DNA of 63,509 nucleotides, counting the filler, from Octopus bimaculoides (lineage: Eukaryota): NCBI RefSeq assembly GCF_001194135.2. It is 5 parts of 4 records of this genome, joined end to end, with 100 filler letters (N's around TTAATTAATTAA, not from the genome) between each part and the next. Parts side by side here need not be neighbours in the genome. Positions count along the whole stretch, not along the records: positions 1 to 25,450 come from NC_068984.1; 4 more parts are not named here. One strand, 5' to 3'. Under the pieces are notes generated by a model that worked only from the letters and a program-made list of their open reading frames with translations, did no database searches and was not told where the DNA came from. Positions 12,622-24,630 of the stretch are shown here, in pieces. The translations under genes and the position numbers were made by a program. Position 1 is the stretch's first letter, and each line of letters begins with the position of its first letter.

Positions 12622-12805
12622 TTTTATTCTTTTATTGGTTTCGGTCATTTGACTGCGGCCATGCTGGAGCGCCGCCTTTAGTCGAACAAATGAACCCCAG
12701 GACTTATTCTTTGTAAGCCCAGTCTATCGGTCTCTTTTGCCGAACTGCTATGTTACCGGGGCGTAAACAGACATCAAGCGATGGTGGGGGAACAAATACA
12801 GACAC

Positions 12806-12840
<35 letters not shown>
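12622..12840 (-). mobile_element. SINE family A 3' half running into an N gap
   Basis: Reverse complement of 7060-7258. Confidence 0.9.
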
Positions 12841-13141
12841 NNNNNNNNNNNNNNNNNNNNNNNNNNNNNNNNNNNNNNNNNNNNNNNNNNNNNNNNNNNN
12901 NNNNNNNNNNNNNNNNNNNNNNNNNNNNNNNNNNNNNNNNNNNNNNNNNNNNNNNNNNNNNNNNNNNNNNNNNNNNNNNNNNNNNNNNNNNNNNNNNNNN
13001 NNNNNNNNNNNNNNNNNNNNNNNNNNNNNNNNNNNNNNNNNNNNNNNNNNNNNNNNNNNNNNNNNNNNNNNNNNNNNNNNNNNNNNNNNNNNNNNNNNNN
13101 NNNNNNNNNNNNNNNNNNNNNNNNNNNNNNNNNNNNNNNNN

Positions 13142-13288
13142 CAACAGGTAGTTCATAGGTTTCCCGACCCTCTCGGGCCGGGGGAGATGCGACCGCTGAT
13201 ACTTCCAGTGTAGCGCGCATGCGACCCCGGACATCTAAAGGCATCACAGAACTGTTATTGCTCCGCTTCTACCATTAAGCTAAACGGT
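13142..13288 (-). pseudogene. 18S rRNA gene fragment (dispersed, diverged)
   Basis: Reverse complement reads GAGCAATAACAGTTCTGTGATGCCTTTAGATGTCCGGGGTCGCATGCGCGCTACACTG. This matches the universal SSU segment GCAATAACAGGTCTGTGATGCCCTTAGATGT...GCGCGCTACACTG with several substitutions. It abuts an N gap. Confidence 0.85.
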
Positions 13289-13324
13289 CTTACACACACA
13301 CACACACACACACGTACGCACGCG

Positions 13325-13363
<39 letters not shown>

Positions 13364-13454
13364 ACGCATACACACACACACACATCCGCGCACATACATG
13401 TACACACATACATACGGTCTTATACACTCACGCACACAAACACACAAATATATG

Positions 13455-13851
13455 TGTGTGTGTAAGAATTTTGCTTCCCAGCCACATGGTTCCGGGTTTA
13501 GTTCCACTGCGTGGCACGTTGGGCAAGTATTTTCTGCTTTAGCTTCGGGCCGACCAAAGCTTTGTGAGTGCATTTGATAGGCGGAAACTGAAAGAAGCCC
13601 GTCATACATATAATATGTGTGAATGTGTGCATGCGTCTTTGTGTCTGCTTTTGTGACCCACCCATTGCTTGACAACCGGTGTTAGAGTGCTTACGCCATC
13701 GTAACTTAACGGTTCGGCAAAGAGACCGGTAAAATATGTACCGGGCTTTAAAAATATAATACTGAGGTCGATTCATTCGACAAGAAATTCTTCAAGTCGG
13801 TGCTCCAGAATGTCCGCAGTCTCATGACTGAAACAAGTAAAAGATAAAAGA
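13455..13851 (+). mobile_element. Older full-length SINE family A copy
   Basis: Colinear with 6849-7258, with many substitutions but CpGs retained. Confidence 0.85.
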
Positions 13852-13876
13852 TATATATATATATACATATATATAT

Positions 13877-14130
13877 ATAGGACGGACACAGAAGGACCCT
13901 AATTCTTCATCAGTTATTGACCGAAAGACTAATACACAGTTTCATGCATTTAACGATAAAACTGAGATCTTCGCACAACGGCGGCAGTAGGGCTCGAGCC
14001 CTAATTCTCCGCAAATTTTGCGGGTACTGCCAATATGCGAAGTTCTCAGTCTTATCGTAAAAGCCGTAAAACTGTATATATTTCGGTCGATATCTGATGA
14101 AGACTTAGGGTCCTTCTGTGTCTGTCCTAT
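13877..14130. repeat. 254-nt T-shaped palindrome (long inverted arms plus two internal palindromes)
   Basis: Arms 13877-13989 and 14025-14130 (46/50 identity over the outer 50 nt). Internal TAGGGCTCGAGCCCTA 13988-14003 and CCGCAAATTTTGCGG 14009-14023. Confidence 0.9.
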
Positions 14131-14196
14131 GTGTACGACTTTTAGCATTTATTATATATATATGTGTGTGTGTGTGCGTGTGTGTGTGTGTGTGTG

Positions 14197-14266
<70 letters not shown>

Positions 14267-14268
<2 letters not shown>

Positions 14269-14308
14269 TCACTGACAAAATTCCGCGTACGGAATTTTGT
14301 AAGTGAAC
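14267..14308. repeat. Hairpin with 19-bp arms and one mismatch
   Basis: GTTCACTGACAAAATTCCG-CGTA-CGGAATTTTGTAAGTGAAC. Confidence 0.85.
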
Positions 14309-15899
14309 AGGTCGTGGTCTCAAAGCGACGAAAATATTTTGACAAATTAAATTTAAATTTTGAAGTGAATCTAACGGATTTTGTGTGCTTCTTAAATTGC
14401 TTATAAACACCTTTCACGCTGAAATTATGTATATATATATATATATATAGATAGAATATGCTGCTAGAGACATCCAATACAGCAACACTTGCATTACAAG
14501 CACAAGTCTACGTTTAGCGCGAACAATGACGCAACGCAAGTGCTCACGTTGCCAAATGAATAAATAAACAAATAAATATATAAATAAAAGGTTAAAACAA
14601 ACAAAAATCTGCCGGCAGGTTTCTCCGCCCGATTCTGTTATGACCATCGGCGTATCAGTTATTCTCTGCAAGACCAGCTGCTTATTTAGGCTGGTGTACT
14701 TAACCAAAAGGTAAACATTCTCATAAAGACCAAACCTGAAAAATAGGAAATAGAAGGAGTGGGAGAAAGAAAGTGAGGAGAAGAAGAAGAAGCGAGAGGA
14801 ATGGAAAGTAAGTGAGTGGATGAAAGAGGGAGAGAGAACATGAAGAGTGTAGTGGGAGGGAGAGACTGTCGAGGAAAGCAAAAGAGAGAAAGTGAGGGAG
14901 AGAGTGAGTGAGAAAGATCGGAAGAAAGAAAAAGTCAGAAAAGGCAAAATAAAGGTGAGATCGCTACAAATCCTTATGAACACACATACACATGTATGTA
15001 TGTATGTATGTATGTGTGCGCATGCATTTTAAAATATAGTTGCATACGCATGCATACACATAATAAATACGCACGCACACACACAAACATACACGCACAC
15101 ACGCATATACACGCGCACACACACACACACACACAGTCTGCGCTATTTCCATTTTTTCTTTGTCTTTCTCTGTCTCTATCCGTCTCTTTCACTCACTTTT
15201 CTTCTCTCCCCCCTCTCTCACTCCTTCTCTCTCTCTCTTTCTCCCTCCTCCTCTCTCCCTTCCCTTCTGTCTGTCTTTCTGTATGTGTGTGTGTGCGTGT
15301 GTGTATGTCTCTCTCTCTCTATATATTTCTGTTGTGCACACATATTGTTACAGAATGGTATTATTACGAGCGTGGGAAATAAAAATATCACTGAATATCG
15401 ACAGACAAGGGGCGAAATGATGATGATAGCGATGATCATTTCTACTACTACTACTACTACTTCTGACACGGGCGCAGACCGAGCAATTGTATGGGGTTGC
15501 GGTTATATACGGTGCATTGTGTGTAGCTGTTGAAATCGAAATATAGTACTCAATTCCTTCGGCACAGCAATATCAATAATAATCGGTTTGAAACGATAGA
15601 AGGCGAAAAAGAGTAACAGTGACAATCACAAGTATTACATCGGCGACGACGGCGACATAGAGAAAACATTGACACAGAGAAAAGCAACGGAAAACAAAAT
15701 ATAGCGATGTAATTTATAGCCAACGTGAATACCTTTATATGGGTGGGGCAAGGTAATTCAACCTGCTAAAAATAGCAGCTAAATCTTCCCCAAATTACTC
15801 CGTCATCAAAAGAAATGGGAGATATATTGACTAATGTGATCCAGTGTACAGTATGCTTAGGCTGGCGGCGAATTGGCTAAGTTGTTCGAGTGTCGGAAT

Positions 15900-16619
15900 C
15901 GGTGGCGGCTTGTAGATAGAATCAGTGGGGGTGCTGTTTCAGAAAAATTTTAGCCGTTATTTTAATATTGTGTAGAAGGAAACAAACATAAAAATGGAAA
16001 ATTTATACATAAACTCGATCGGTTTGCGTTTTAGCCACTGCCAGATAGTGTGTTTAATTTGTTCACTGAATACCGCCGCGAATTCCCTCTTGTTTTTCAA
16101 AAATCCCCCCCTTAAATTACAAAATAGATGGGGGAATCTGCCCTATTTTTCAAATCCTGGCAGCAACACTAGCTGGAAGCAGGATAATAATCTAATTCTA
16201 CACTTTATCACATTCAAGAATACAAATACGTTTTCAACCACAACACACGTGGAGTCAAAAAGAAACGCTACCTTTCACCAGCAGACCAAGGTTGGCACTG
16301 TTCACCAGCACACCAAGGTCGGCACTACGTGAACCGCAGTGCTCTCTCTCTCTCTCCCAAGCGTGCAGTTTCCTATCTCGCACAACAGCCAAACACCGCA
16401 TTACTGGAACTGTGAAGCGTACAGTTCCATACAAGGATTTTTGTACTTTTTCATAAACTAGGGGATGGCTACTATTATTAAGCTTAAGGATTATATAATG
16501 TACAAGTATAAAGAAAGAATTAATGAAAAAAAAACTCATTATATTGAATGCTATCGATAATATCGAGTGGAAATAGGGGGTGCTGCAGTTCTGCAGTGCC
16601 TATAAACGAGCCGCCACTG
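15900..16619. mobile_element. Non-autonomous hAT-type DNA transposon, 720 bp
   Basis: TIRs CGGTGGCGGCTTGT / ACGAGCCGCCACTG (12/14). 8-bp TSD GTCGGAAT (15892-99) / GTCAGAAT (16620-27). Subterminal GGGGGTGCTG motifs at both ends. It splits a family B SINE. Confidence 0.8.
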
Positions 16620-17374
16620 GTCAGAATTAATGTCTTGTGGTAAGGTATGGTGCCCGTTTCTTCTCTCTGCGTTCGGAGATCAAATTCTGCCGGAGTCAAC
16701 TTTGCCTTTCATTCTATTAGGTGTCTATGGTTGATTAATTTTTTTCTTTGTCTTTCTGTCTCTCTACCTCTGTCTCTGATCCGGTTCTCCTCTCCGAATT
16801 TGTTACTGCAATTCAAAGGCCCAGCCTGGTCGCATTGAGTTATTATCGAACTGAGAACTGCATTAAATATACAATTGTCTACAGAATACTCAACCACTCA
16901 CAATTTTCTTTTTCATCAGTTTAAATTCAGTTGGTCGAACAAATGAGTATTAATCGTTGAGACCGGTGGAGAAATCACTTTATTCCTGGGAAAAAACTGA
17001 ATGATCAAAGCTGAAGTGCTCGAAAAGGTGCCAACATGGAGCTAAATATAACTGTAACAGTAACAGCAACAACAAGAACAACATCAAATATAACAAAACA
17101 AACAACCAGATTACCAACCAACTAGTCAACATCTACGTAACTACTTAACCTGCTGAAAGTAGCGGCCAAATATTCTTTAAACCACACCCTACCGTCAGTG
17201 TCAATTAGAGGTGTCGAGCATGATATTTACCTTTTGCTATTTAGGGGGAAATGGTTTCTAACATTTTGTTCAGTTTCCTTTCCTTTTTCTCTCCCTCTCT
17301 CTCTTTCTCGTTCTCTCTCCCTCCTTCTCTCTTACTGACTATTACTCTCACTCACTCTGTTGTTTCTCTTTCTT

Positions 17375-17406
17375 CTGATAAAGGACTAACGTTCGAAGCG
17401 TTGAAA
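17375..17406 (+). ncRNA. Degenerate minimal hammerhead motif (Penelope-tail type)
   Basis: CTGATAA-A-GGAC-TAAC-GTTC-GAAGCGTT has two core substitutions relative to CTGATGA...GAAACGTT. Confidence 0.45.
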
Positions 17407-18274
17407 CATTTTCTCCTTCCAGTAAAGCATTAAGTTAATATCCAATACTTGTTCTTCTTGTGTAATCTTTTTTATTGTTCAACTTATTTATAGTATATGC
17501 TGTGTCGAAGATATATCCTTTGCCAGAATGAGCGACTCAAACAACGACGACACACACAATAATGAGCAAGTCATTGATAAGTTTATAGCTATTATCATAC
17601 AAAGATATTTTCATAGTGAGGGTATGTATGTATCTTTGTATGTATGTATGTATGCATGCATGTATGTATGTATGTATGTATGTATGTATGTATGTATGTA
17701 TGTATGTATACAAAAACTCCTTGAGCAGTGAGATACCAAGTGGAGAATAAACGTATTATAAACATATTAAGGGTCAACTAATGTTTAGTGTATTAATACT
17801 CCATGGTTACAAGAACTAATAAACTAAGCCTGCATCGTTTATAAAACAGCATTCGACATTATTCGTAACCATAATGAAAAAGGGCAAATACCATGCTAAA
17901 ATTCCATCGCCACCCACTGCAGCCAACTGCATTGTCAAAGACCAATCCCGAATGCTTGCAACAGAGTCGACTCCACTAAAGCCATTACCATTAACGGACC
18001 CAGCGGTGATGTTAAACAGGATGACGGTTACATCTTTCACTCAAAGAGAAGAAAGGAATCCTCAGCAAGTTTATACACAGCTTCTGCGTACAATCTTCAT
18101 TCACAGAAATTACTTGTCAAACCGAGGCTACGACACAATATTCTTTTCCAAGATACTGTGTCGTAAGGTCGAACCTGGAACTATATAAGTGGTGAAGTGA
18201 TTTTCTTAATCACACAGACATGCTGGTGCCGCATTGATATTGATACACAGTAGGCAGCAGAGAAAGCAAAACCT

Positions 18275-18510
18275 CATGCATTTATGGATGATATGAAACT
18301 GTTCGTAACAGAATGAAGACTAAATAGATTTTTTCGTACAAGCAATATCTGGACGTAATGAAGATGGTAGGGTGGAATATAAAATTAAAGTAGTATGGTG
18401 GTTTATTAACGTAAACAGGAAAGATAAAGGGAAGTGCTAGGATACAATTAGCAGAAGAGGAATTCATAAAAATGGCTGATAGATTAAGCTAAAAATACTT
18501 AAGTATAAGA
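18275..18510 (+). mobile_element. Decayed R4/Dong-like RT remnant
   Basis: HAFMDDMKLF followed by GKIKGSARIQLAEEEFIKMADRLS*KYL, resembling FMDDLKLF...EGIQL..GE.I......YKYLG. Confidence 0.6.
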
Positions 18511-18744
18511 GAGATAGATAAGATAAGGGGCACTGATATAAAATAACTTTCTAGAAACAAATATTTCAGAACGTTAAAATTACTACTCAAACAGAGGCTA
18601 AGTGGGGAAAAAAGATTAGACATATTAACATGTGGATCATATATAATGAGAGAGAGAGAGAGAGAGAGGGTGGGGGGGGAAGACAGAATGAAAGAAAGAG
18701 AGAGAGAGGGAAAGACAGAATGACAGAAAGAGAGAGAGAGTGAC

Positions 18745-18907
18745 ATAGGCATGGCTGTGTGGTTAAAAAGTTCGATTTGCAATCACGTTATTTCGGGTTC
18801 AGTCTCCACTGTGCAGCATCCTAGGCAGGCGTCATCTACTATTGTTCAAAGCTGACCAATGCCATGTGAATGATTTTCAGAGACAGAAACTGTACGAAAG
18901 TTCGTCG

Positions 18908-18950
<43 letters not shown>

Positions 18951-19200
18951 GCGCGCGTGCGCGCGCATATATATATACTCTTTTACTCTTTTACTTGTTT
19001 CAGTCTTTTGACTGTGGCCATGCTGGAGCACCGCCTTTTAGTCGAGCAAATCGACCCCAGGACTTATTCTTTAGAAGCCTAGTACTTATTCTATCGATCT
19101 CTTTTGCCGAACCGCTAAGTTACGGGGACATAAACACACCAGCATCGGTTGTCAAGCGATGTTGGGGGAACAAACACACACATACAAACATACACACACA
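18745..19200. mobile_element. SINE family A head (+, 18745-18908) abutting a family A tail (-, 18980-19200)
   Basis: Matches to 6849-7012 and to the reverse complement of 7060-7258. Confidence 0.8.
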
Positions 19201-19831
19201 CNNNNNNNNNNNNNNNNNNNNNNNNNNNNNNNNNNNNNNNNNNNNNNNNNNNNNNNNNNNNNNNNNNNNNNNNNNNNNNNNNNNNNNNNNNNNNNNNNNN
19301 NNNNNNNNNNNNNNNNNNNNNNNNNNNNNNNNNNNNNNNNNNNNNNNNNNNNNNNNNNNNNNNNNNNNNNNNNNNNNNNNNNNNNNNNNNNNNNNNNNNN
19401 NNNNNNNNNNNNNNNNNNNNNNNNNNNNNNNNNNNNNNNNNNNNNNNNNNNNNNNNNNNNNNNNNNNNNNNNNNNNNNNNNNNNNNNNNNNNNNNNNNNN
19501 NNNNNNNNNNNNNNNNNNNNNNNNNNNNNNNNNNNNNNNNNNNNNNNNNNNNNNNNNNNNNNNNNNNNNNNNNNNNNNNNNNNNNNNNNNNNNNNNNNNN
19601 NNNNNNNNNNNNNNNNNNNNNNNNNNNNNNNNNNNNNNNNNNNNNNNNNNNNNNNNNNNNNNNNNNNNNNNNNNNNNNNNNNNNNNNNNNNNNNNNNNNN
19701 NNNNNNNNNNNNNNNNNNNNNNNNNNNNNNNNNNNNNNNNNNNNNNNNNNNNNNNNNNNNNNNNNNNNNNNNNNNNNNNNNNNNNNNNNNNNNNNNNNNN
19801 NNNNNNNNNNNNNNNNNNNNNNNNNNNNNNN

Positions 19832-19907
<76 letters not shown>

Positions 19908-21093
19908 ATGTGTGGGTTTGTATGTATGCGTGTGCATGTGTCTATGTATGTACGCATATATATATATGCGTGTATGTGTATAAATATATATCTATCAATA
20001 TATATATGTATGTATGTACGTATATATATATATATATATATGTGTGTGTGCGTGTGTGTGTGTATGTATATGTGTGTGCATGTGTGGGTTTGTATGTATG
20101 CGTGTATATATGTCTATGTATGTACGCATACATATATGTGTGTGTGAGTGTATGTGTGTGTGTGTGTATAAATATTTATCTATCAATATGTATATGTATG
20201 TATGTGCGTATATATATATATATATATGTGTGTGTTTGTGTGTGTGTGGGGGGGGGGGTTCATAACTTAGCGGTTCGGAGAAAAAACGAATTTGTTAGAG
20301 TAAGTACTAAACTTAAAATAATTAGTGAGACCGATTTGATCGACTAAAGGAAAGTCCTTCAAGGTGGTGCCCAAGCATGGCCGCAGTCATATCACTGAAA
20401 CGCAAATGAATAAGAAGTAAAAAAAGTAAATTATTGTATGTAGGAAAAATTGAAAAACACTGTCCATATATGAAGCACAGCACCCAAATATTATGTTAAC
20501 ATAGTCTATGGCGCAGGCGTGGCTGTGTGGTTAGAAGTTTGCTTCCCAACTACATGTTTCCGATGCTTAGCAGCTTGGGCAAGTGTATTCTATAATAATC
20601 CTAGGCCTACCAAAGCGTTATGAGTGAATCTGTGTTAAATAAATAATGTTTACGTGCTTGCATTAATATGCATGTGCATTACACAATGCAATTGTATTGT
20701 AAAATTTGCAGCACGCATATTAATGCAAACATGTAAACATTATTTATTGTACACAGAAATTATTATTACGAAAAGGGCTGTCGTAACTATTTATGCTTTA
20801 TATACTCCTCGTGAAGTGGTTTCATTGGTCGGATCTGGATTTCAACTGCATGGACACTCTGCATTACACTTTTCTGTATCGGGTTACTATGTGGTCTGTT
20901 AGCTGAGTCCATTAGACGAGCTTTCTGTGATAGCCACGCGATTCTCTGAATCCATATCTTATATGACAGATTTGTTTTTTTATATTTATTTTTTCTTCAA
21001 GCTTCACCACTCATTTCAAAATATATCTTCGGTGCGTTAACTTGGGATTCCTTAACGATAATGTAAGCTTCATATAATTAAGTTATCTTCAAC

Positions 21094-21195
21094 CTAATGA
21101 GTAGATAGCGGAGTACACCTCGTTGAGTAATTATTACAACATAGGATCTGCTATCTAGGAAACATATGTAGCCTGGATCTTACCTGTCCCACTCC
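21094..21195 (+). mobile_element. Second copy of the 2853-2963 Penelope-tail-like family; hammerhead core mutated
   Basis: CTAATGA-G-TAGATAGCGGA...TCTGCTATCTA-G-GAAACATATGTAGCC: 11-bp stem II, G5 changed to A. Confidence 0.65.
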
Positions 21196-21202
21196 CTCAC
21201 TT

Positions 21203-21269
<67 letters not shown>

Positions 21270-21412
21270 GTCTGTCTGTCTGTCTGTCTGTCTGTATGTA
21301 TGTATGTATGTCTGTCTGTCTGTCTGTCTGCCTGTCTGTCTGTCTGTCTGTCACCACATGTGGATCGTTGAGATTTTCTTCTTCTGTCTTCCTTTCTATT
21401 GAACTTTGCTCT

Positions 21413-21447
21413 GTTTCTGAAGAAGAGCGTTGCTCGAAACGTTAAAC
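21413..21447 (+). ncRNA. Apparently intact minimal type I hammerhead ribozyme
   Basis: GTTT-CTGAAGA-A-GAGC-GTT-GCTC-GAAACGTT-AAAC: stem I GTTT/AAAC, stem II GAGC/GCTC, palindromic stem III ACGT, GUU triplet. Confidence 0.7.
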
Positions 21448-21551
21448 CATCTTTCTTTCCTTCCCTGAGCGTCTGCTAATACTTTACATGTACCACGTCC
21501 TCACGTTGCTGTTTTTTTGTGTTTGTTCTTTTTGGGGATTTACTATATATA

Positions 21552-21732
21552 CAGGGTGTCCACAAAATCCGGCTACATGGAGTAAATAAAATCATAACAT
21601 GAACAATTAAATATAAGAAATAATAATTTCTTAAAGTATGTGTTAATCCCCATGTACCCAGACTTTCTTATATTTAATTGTTTATGTTATGATTTTATTT
21701 ACTCCATGTAACCGGACTTTGTGGACACCCTG
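21552..21732. mobile_element. Tc1/mariner-type MITE
   Basis: About 68-bp TIRs beginning CAGGGTGTCCACAAA, TA on both sides, about 45-bp spacer. Confidence 0.85.
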
Positions 21733-22224
21733 TATATATATATAAGTACCTTATCGCTACATCCACATTAATATACTACCAAATGTCTCCTTGTCTTATG
21801 TGAAGTTAATTGTGATGACGACATTGGTTCACTATGAATTTTGCTGATAGGATCGGCTCAAAACATGACTTTACTTTCAGCTTGAATGTGACTGACCTTA
21901 CCTTTGACATCTCATTGGTTGTTGTTAACCAGTCACAGCCCATATTGACTTCTGTCTACGTGAGATTGGTTTGTCACCTCCAAATGTTTAAATAACGGTT
22001 ATTTGTCCGAAAGTATAAATAGGAGTGATGTGTCCACCCACCCATCCATCCACCCCTAGAGTCACGAATTCACGTCCTTTTCTCTCCTCATATCCATTTT
22101 GTTTTATCTCAACGTTAGTTCTTGATTCTCAACAAACCAACAACAGTTGACATAGGGTCAGATACAAGGTTATGTATGATATGAGAATCAGATTTGAAGC
22201 TTGTGGTTTTAAAGTAACATTCTT

Positions 22225-22612
22225 TTATTCTTTTACTTATTTCAGTCATTTGATTGCGACCATGCTGGAGCACCGCCTTGAAGTGCTTTAGTCGAACAAA
22301 TGGACCCCAGGACTTACTTTTTTTAAGCCTAGTACTTTTTGTCGGTCTCTTTTGCCGACCGCTACGTTACAGCGATATAAACACACTAGCACCGGTTGTC
22401 AAGCGGTGTGTGCGTGGGGGGGGGACCAACACAGACGCAAAGACGCACATATAGACATATGCATTTATATACGATAGTCTTCAAATCCACTCACAAGGCT
22501 TTGGTCGGCCCAAGGCTATAGTAGAAAACACTTGCCCAAAGAGTTACGCAGCGGGACTGAACTCGGAACCATGTGGTTGGGAAGCAAGCTTCGTACCACA
22601 CAGCAGTGCCTG
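22225..22612 (-). mobile_element. Full-length SINE family A copy
   Basis: Reverse complement colinear with 6849-7258. Confidence 0.85.
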
Positions 22613-23676
22613 CGGAAAAAAAGCGCCCTGAGAATAAACTGTAACAAGTTCCATAGAGTGAAAACAGTCGAATCTCTACAATTAATGAATGGATGTATGA
22701 AAATTATGCGTAAAAAATAGTGAAACTTAATGCAATTTGATAATTGATGGCAGTAAATTAGTGCAAATGAAATTTAAAAAAAAAATCCAATGATCATAAA
22801 GAATTAATATATGTAAAATATAAATTACATAGGGAAATGATAAAAAATATATGGTGACCAACCACCAGTATAAGTGCGTGTTAGTACATCGGTTTTAAGT
22901 ACATTGCATAATCTCTAGCGGACTAGACAGAATGGTTAGTTACAAGAATTTAGAAATTGGGACAGAATTCTTCTAAAGATCTACAATATTAAGAAGAGTG
23001 TTAGTGATCTTAACAACACACCACAAGGGAGACTCTAAGTGGCTGGTGTATTTGCTAGATATACGAGATACATCTGCCTCAAATCACATAATATTGTGTT
23101 AAATGTATTAAAACAAAAACACTACTGAACAATATAACTATATTTATATTAACTACATGATTGTCACGGGTGGAAAAAATTGACGCATTTTCGCACAAGA
23201 CGAATGACCCAGGGATGACTTTATTCATTAGTTTAAAGATATATGTGAATGTGTGTGAGCATGTGTGTGTGTNNNNNNNNNNNNNNNNNNNNNNNNNNNN
23301 NNNNNNNNNNNNNNNNNNNNNNNNNNNNNNNNNNNNNNNNNNNNNNNNNNNNNNNNNNNNNNNNNNNNNNNNNNNNNNNNNNNNNNNNNNNNNNNNNNNN
23401 NNNNNNNNNNNNNNNNNNNNNNNNNNNNNNNNNNNNNNNNNNNNNNNNNNNNNNNNNNNNNNNNNNNNNNNNNNNNNNNNNNNNNNNNNNNNNNNNNNNN
23501 NNNNNNNNNNNNNNNNNNNNNNNNNNNNNNNNNNNNNNNNNNNNNNNNNNNNNNNNNNNNNNNNNNNNNNNNNNNNNNNNNNNNNNNNNNNNNNNNNNNN
23601 NNNNNNNNNNNNNNNNNNNNNNNNNNNNNNNNNNNNNNNNNNNNNNNNNNNNNNNNNNNNNNNNNNNNNNNNNNNN

Positions 23677-23689
23677 AAAGCCTGTCGTA

Positions 23690-23742
<53 letters not shown>

Positions 23743-23955
23743 GTGTGTGTTTGTGTATCTGTGTTTGTCCCACCCCCCAACATCGCTTGACAACCGATGC
23801 TGGTATGTTTACGTCCCCATAACTTAGCGGTTCGGAAAAAGAGACCGATAGAATAAGTACTAGGCTTACAAAGAATAAGTCCTGGGGTCGATTTGCTCGA
23901 CTAAAGGTGGTGCTCCAGCATGGCCGCAGTCAAATGACTGAAACAAGTAAAAGAG
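23677..23955 (+). mobile_element. Young SINE family A 3' half after an N gap
   Basis: Near-identical to 7003-7258. Confidence 0.9.
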
Positions 23956-23999
23956 TCTACAAAGACAAATTTTGGAGTAAGAGCAGTGTCAATAAGTTT

Positions 24000-24630
24000 A
24001 CCCACGTCCTCAACTGGTACTTATTTTAGCGACTCCAGAAGGATGAAAAGCAAAGCTTTACATCGGTGGTATTTCGGACAAAAAGAGGTTTTGAGCTGTA
24101 ACTAACGACCTCAAGATAATTTGAAATACCCTAAAGAATTTTCCTGACATTCTAGCGATTCTGCCATCCATTATCCTTAATTAGTGATTAATCCTTTCTT
24201 CAATAAGCACAAACACTGAAATTTTGCGGGAGGGGAACTGTCGATTACATGAATACTCAGTGCTCAACTGGTATACATTTTATCGACCCCCCGAAAAAAT
24301 GAAAGGCAAAAAATCGATCGAAGCGGTATTTGAATTCAGAACGTAAAGCGGGACAGAATGCCGCTAAGTATTTTGCCTGGCGTGTTAACGTTTCTGCCAG
24401 CTCGCCGCCTTGTATTGGTTTCAAATCTTGCCACAAGGCCAGCAAGCTCGAGGGGAGGGGATAAGTCAATGGATGACATTGACCCCAGTGTTCAATTGGT
24501 ATTTATTTTATCGACCTCGCAAAAATGAAAGACCAAGTCGACCTTAGCGAAATTTAAATTCCGAACATAAGGACGGACGAAATGCCGCTAAGTATTATGC
24601 CCGGTGTACTAACGATTCTGCCAGCTTACA
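24000..24630 (-). mobile_element. Three tandem SINE family B copies
   Basis: GATGAAA(A/G)GCAAAG...GAATTTGAA core repeated near 24040, 24295 and 24525. Confidence 0.8.

Noticed and set aside
13877-14130. Hammerhead reading of the T-shaped palindrome (CTGATGA at 14094, CCGAAA at 13921)
   Set aside because: Within each arm the two core halves lie on opposite strands, and I could not build adjacent stems II and III.
17874-18188. 104-aa ORF MKKGKYHAK...
   Set aside because: No motif or splice support, and it lies next to a decayed LINE remnant.
20760-20920. Minus-strand ECPCS*NPDPTNETTSRGVYKA as a Penelope Cys-linker
   Set aside because: Suggestive and adjacent to a Penelope-type tail, but too short and degenerate to call.
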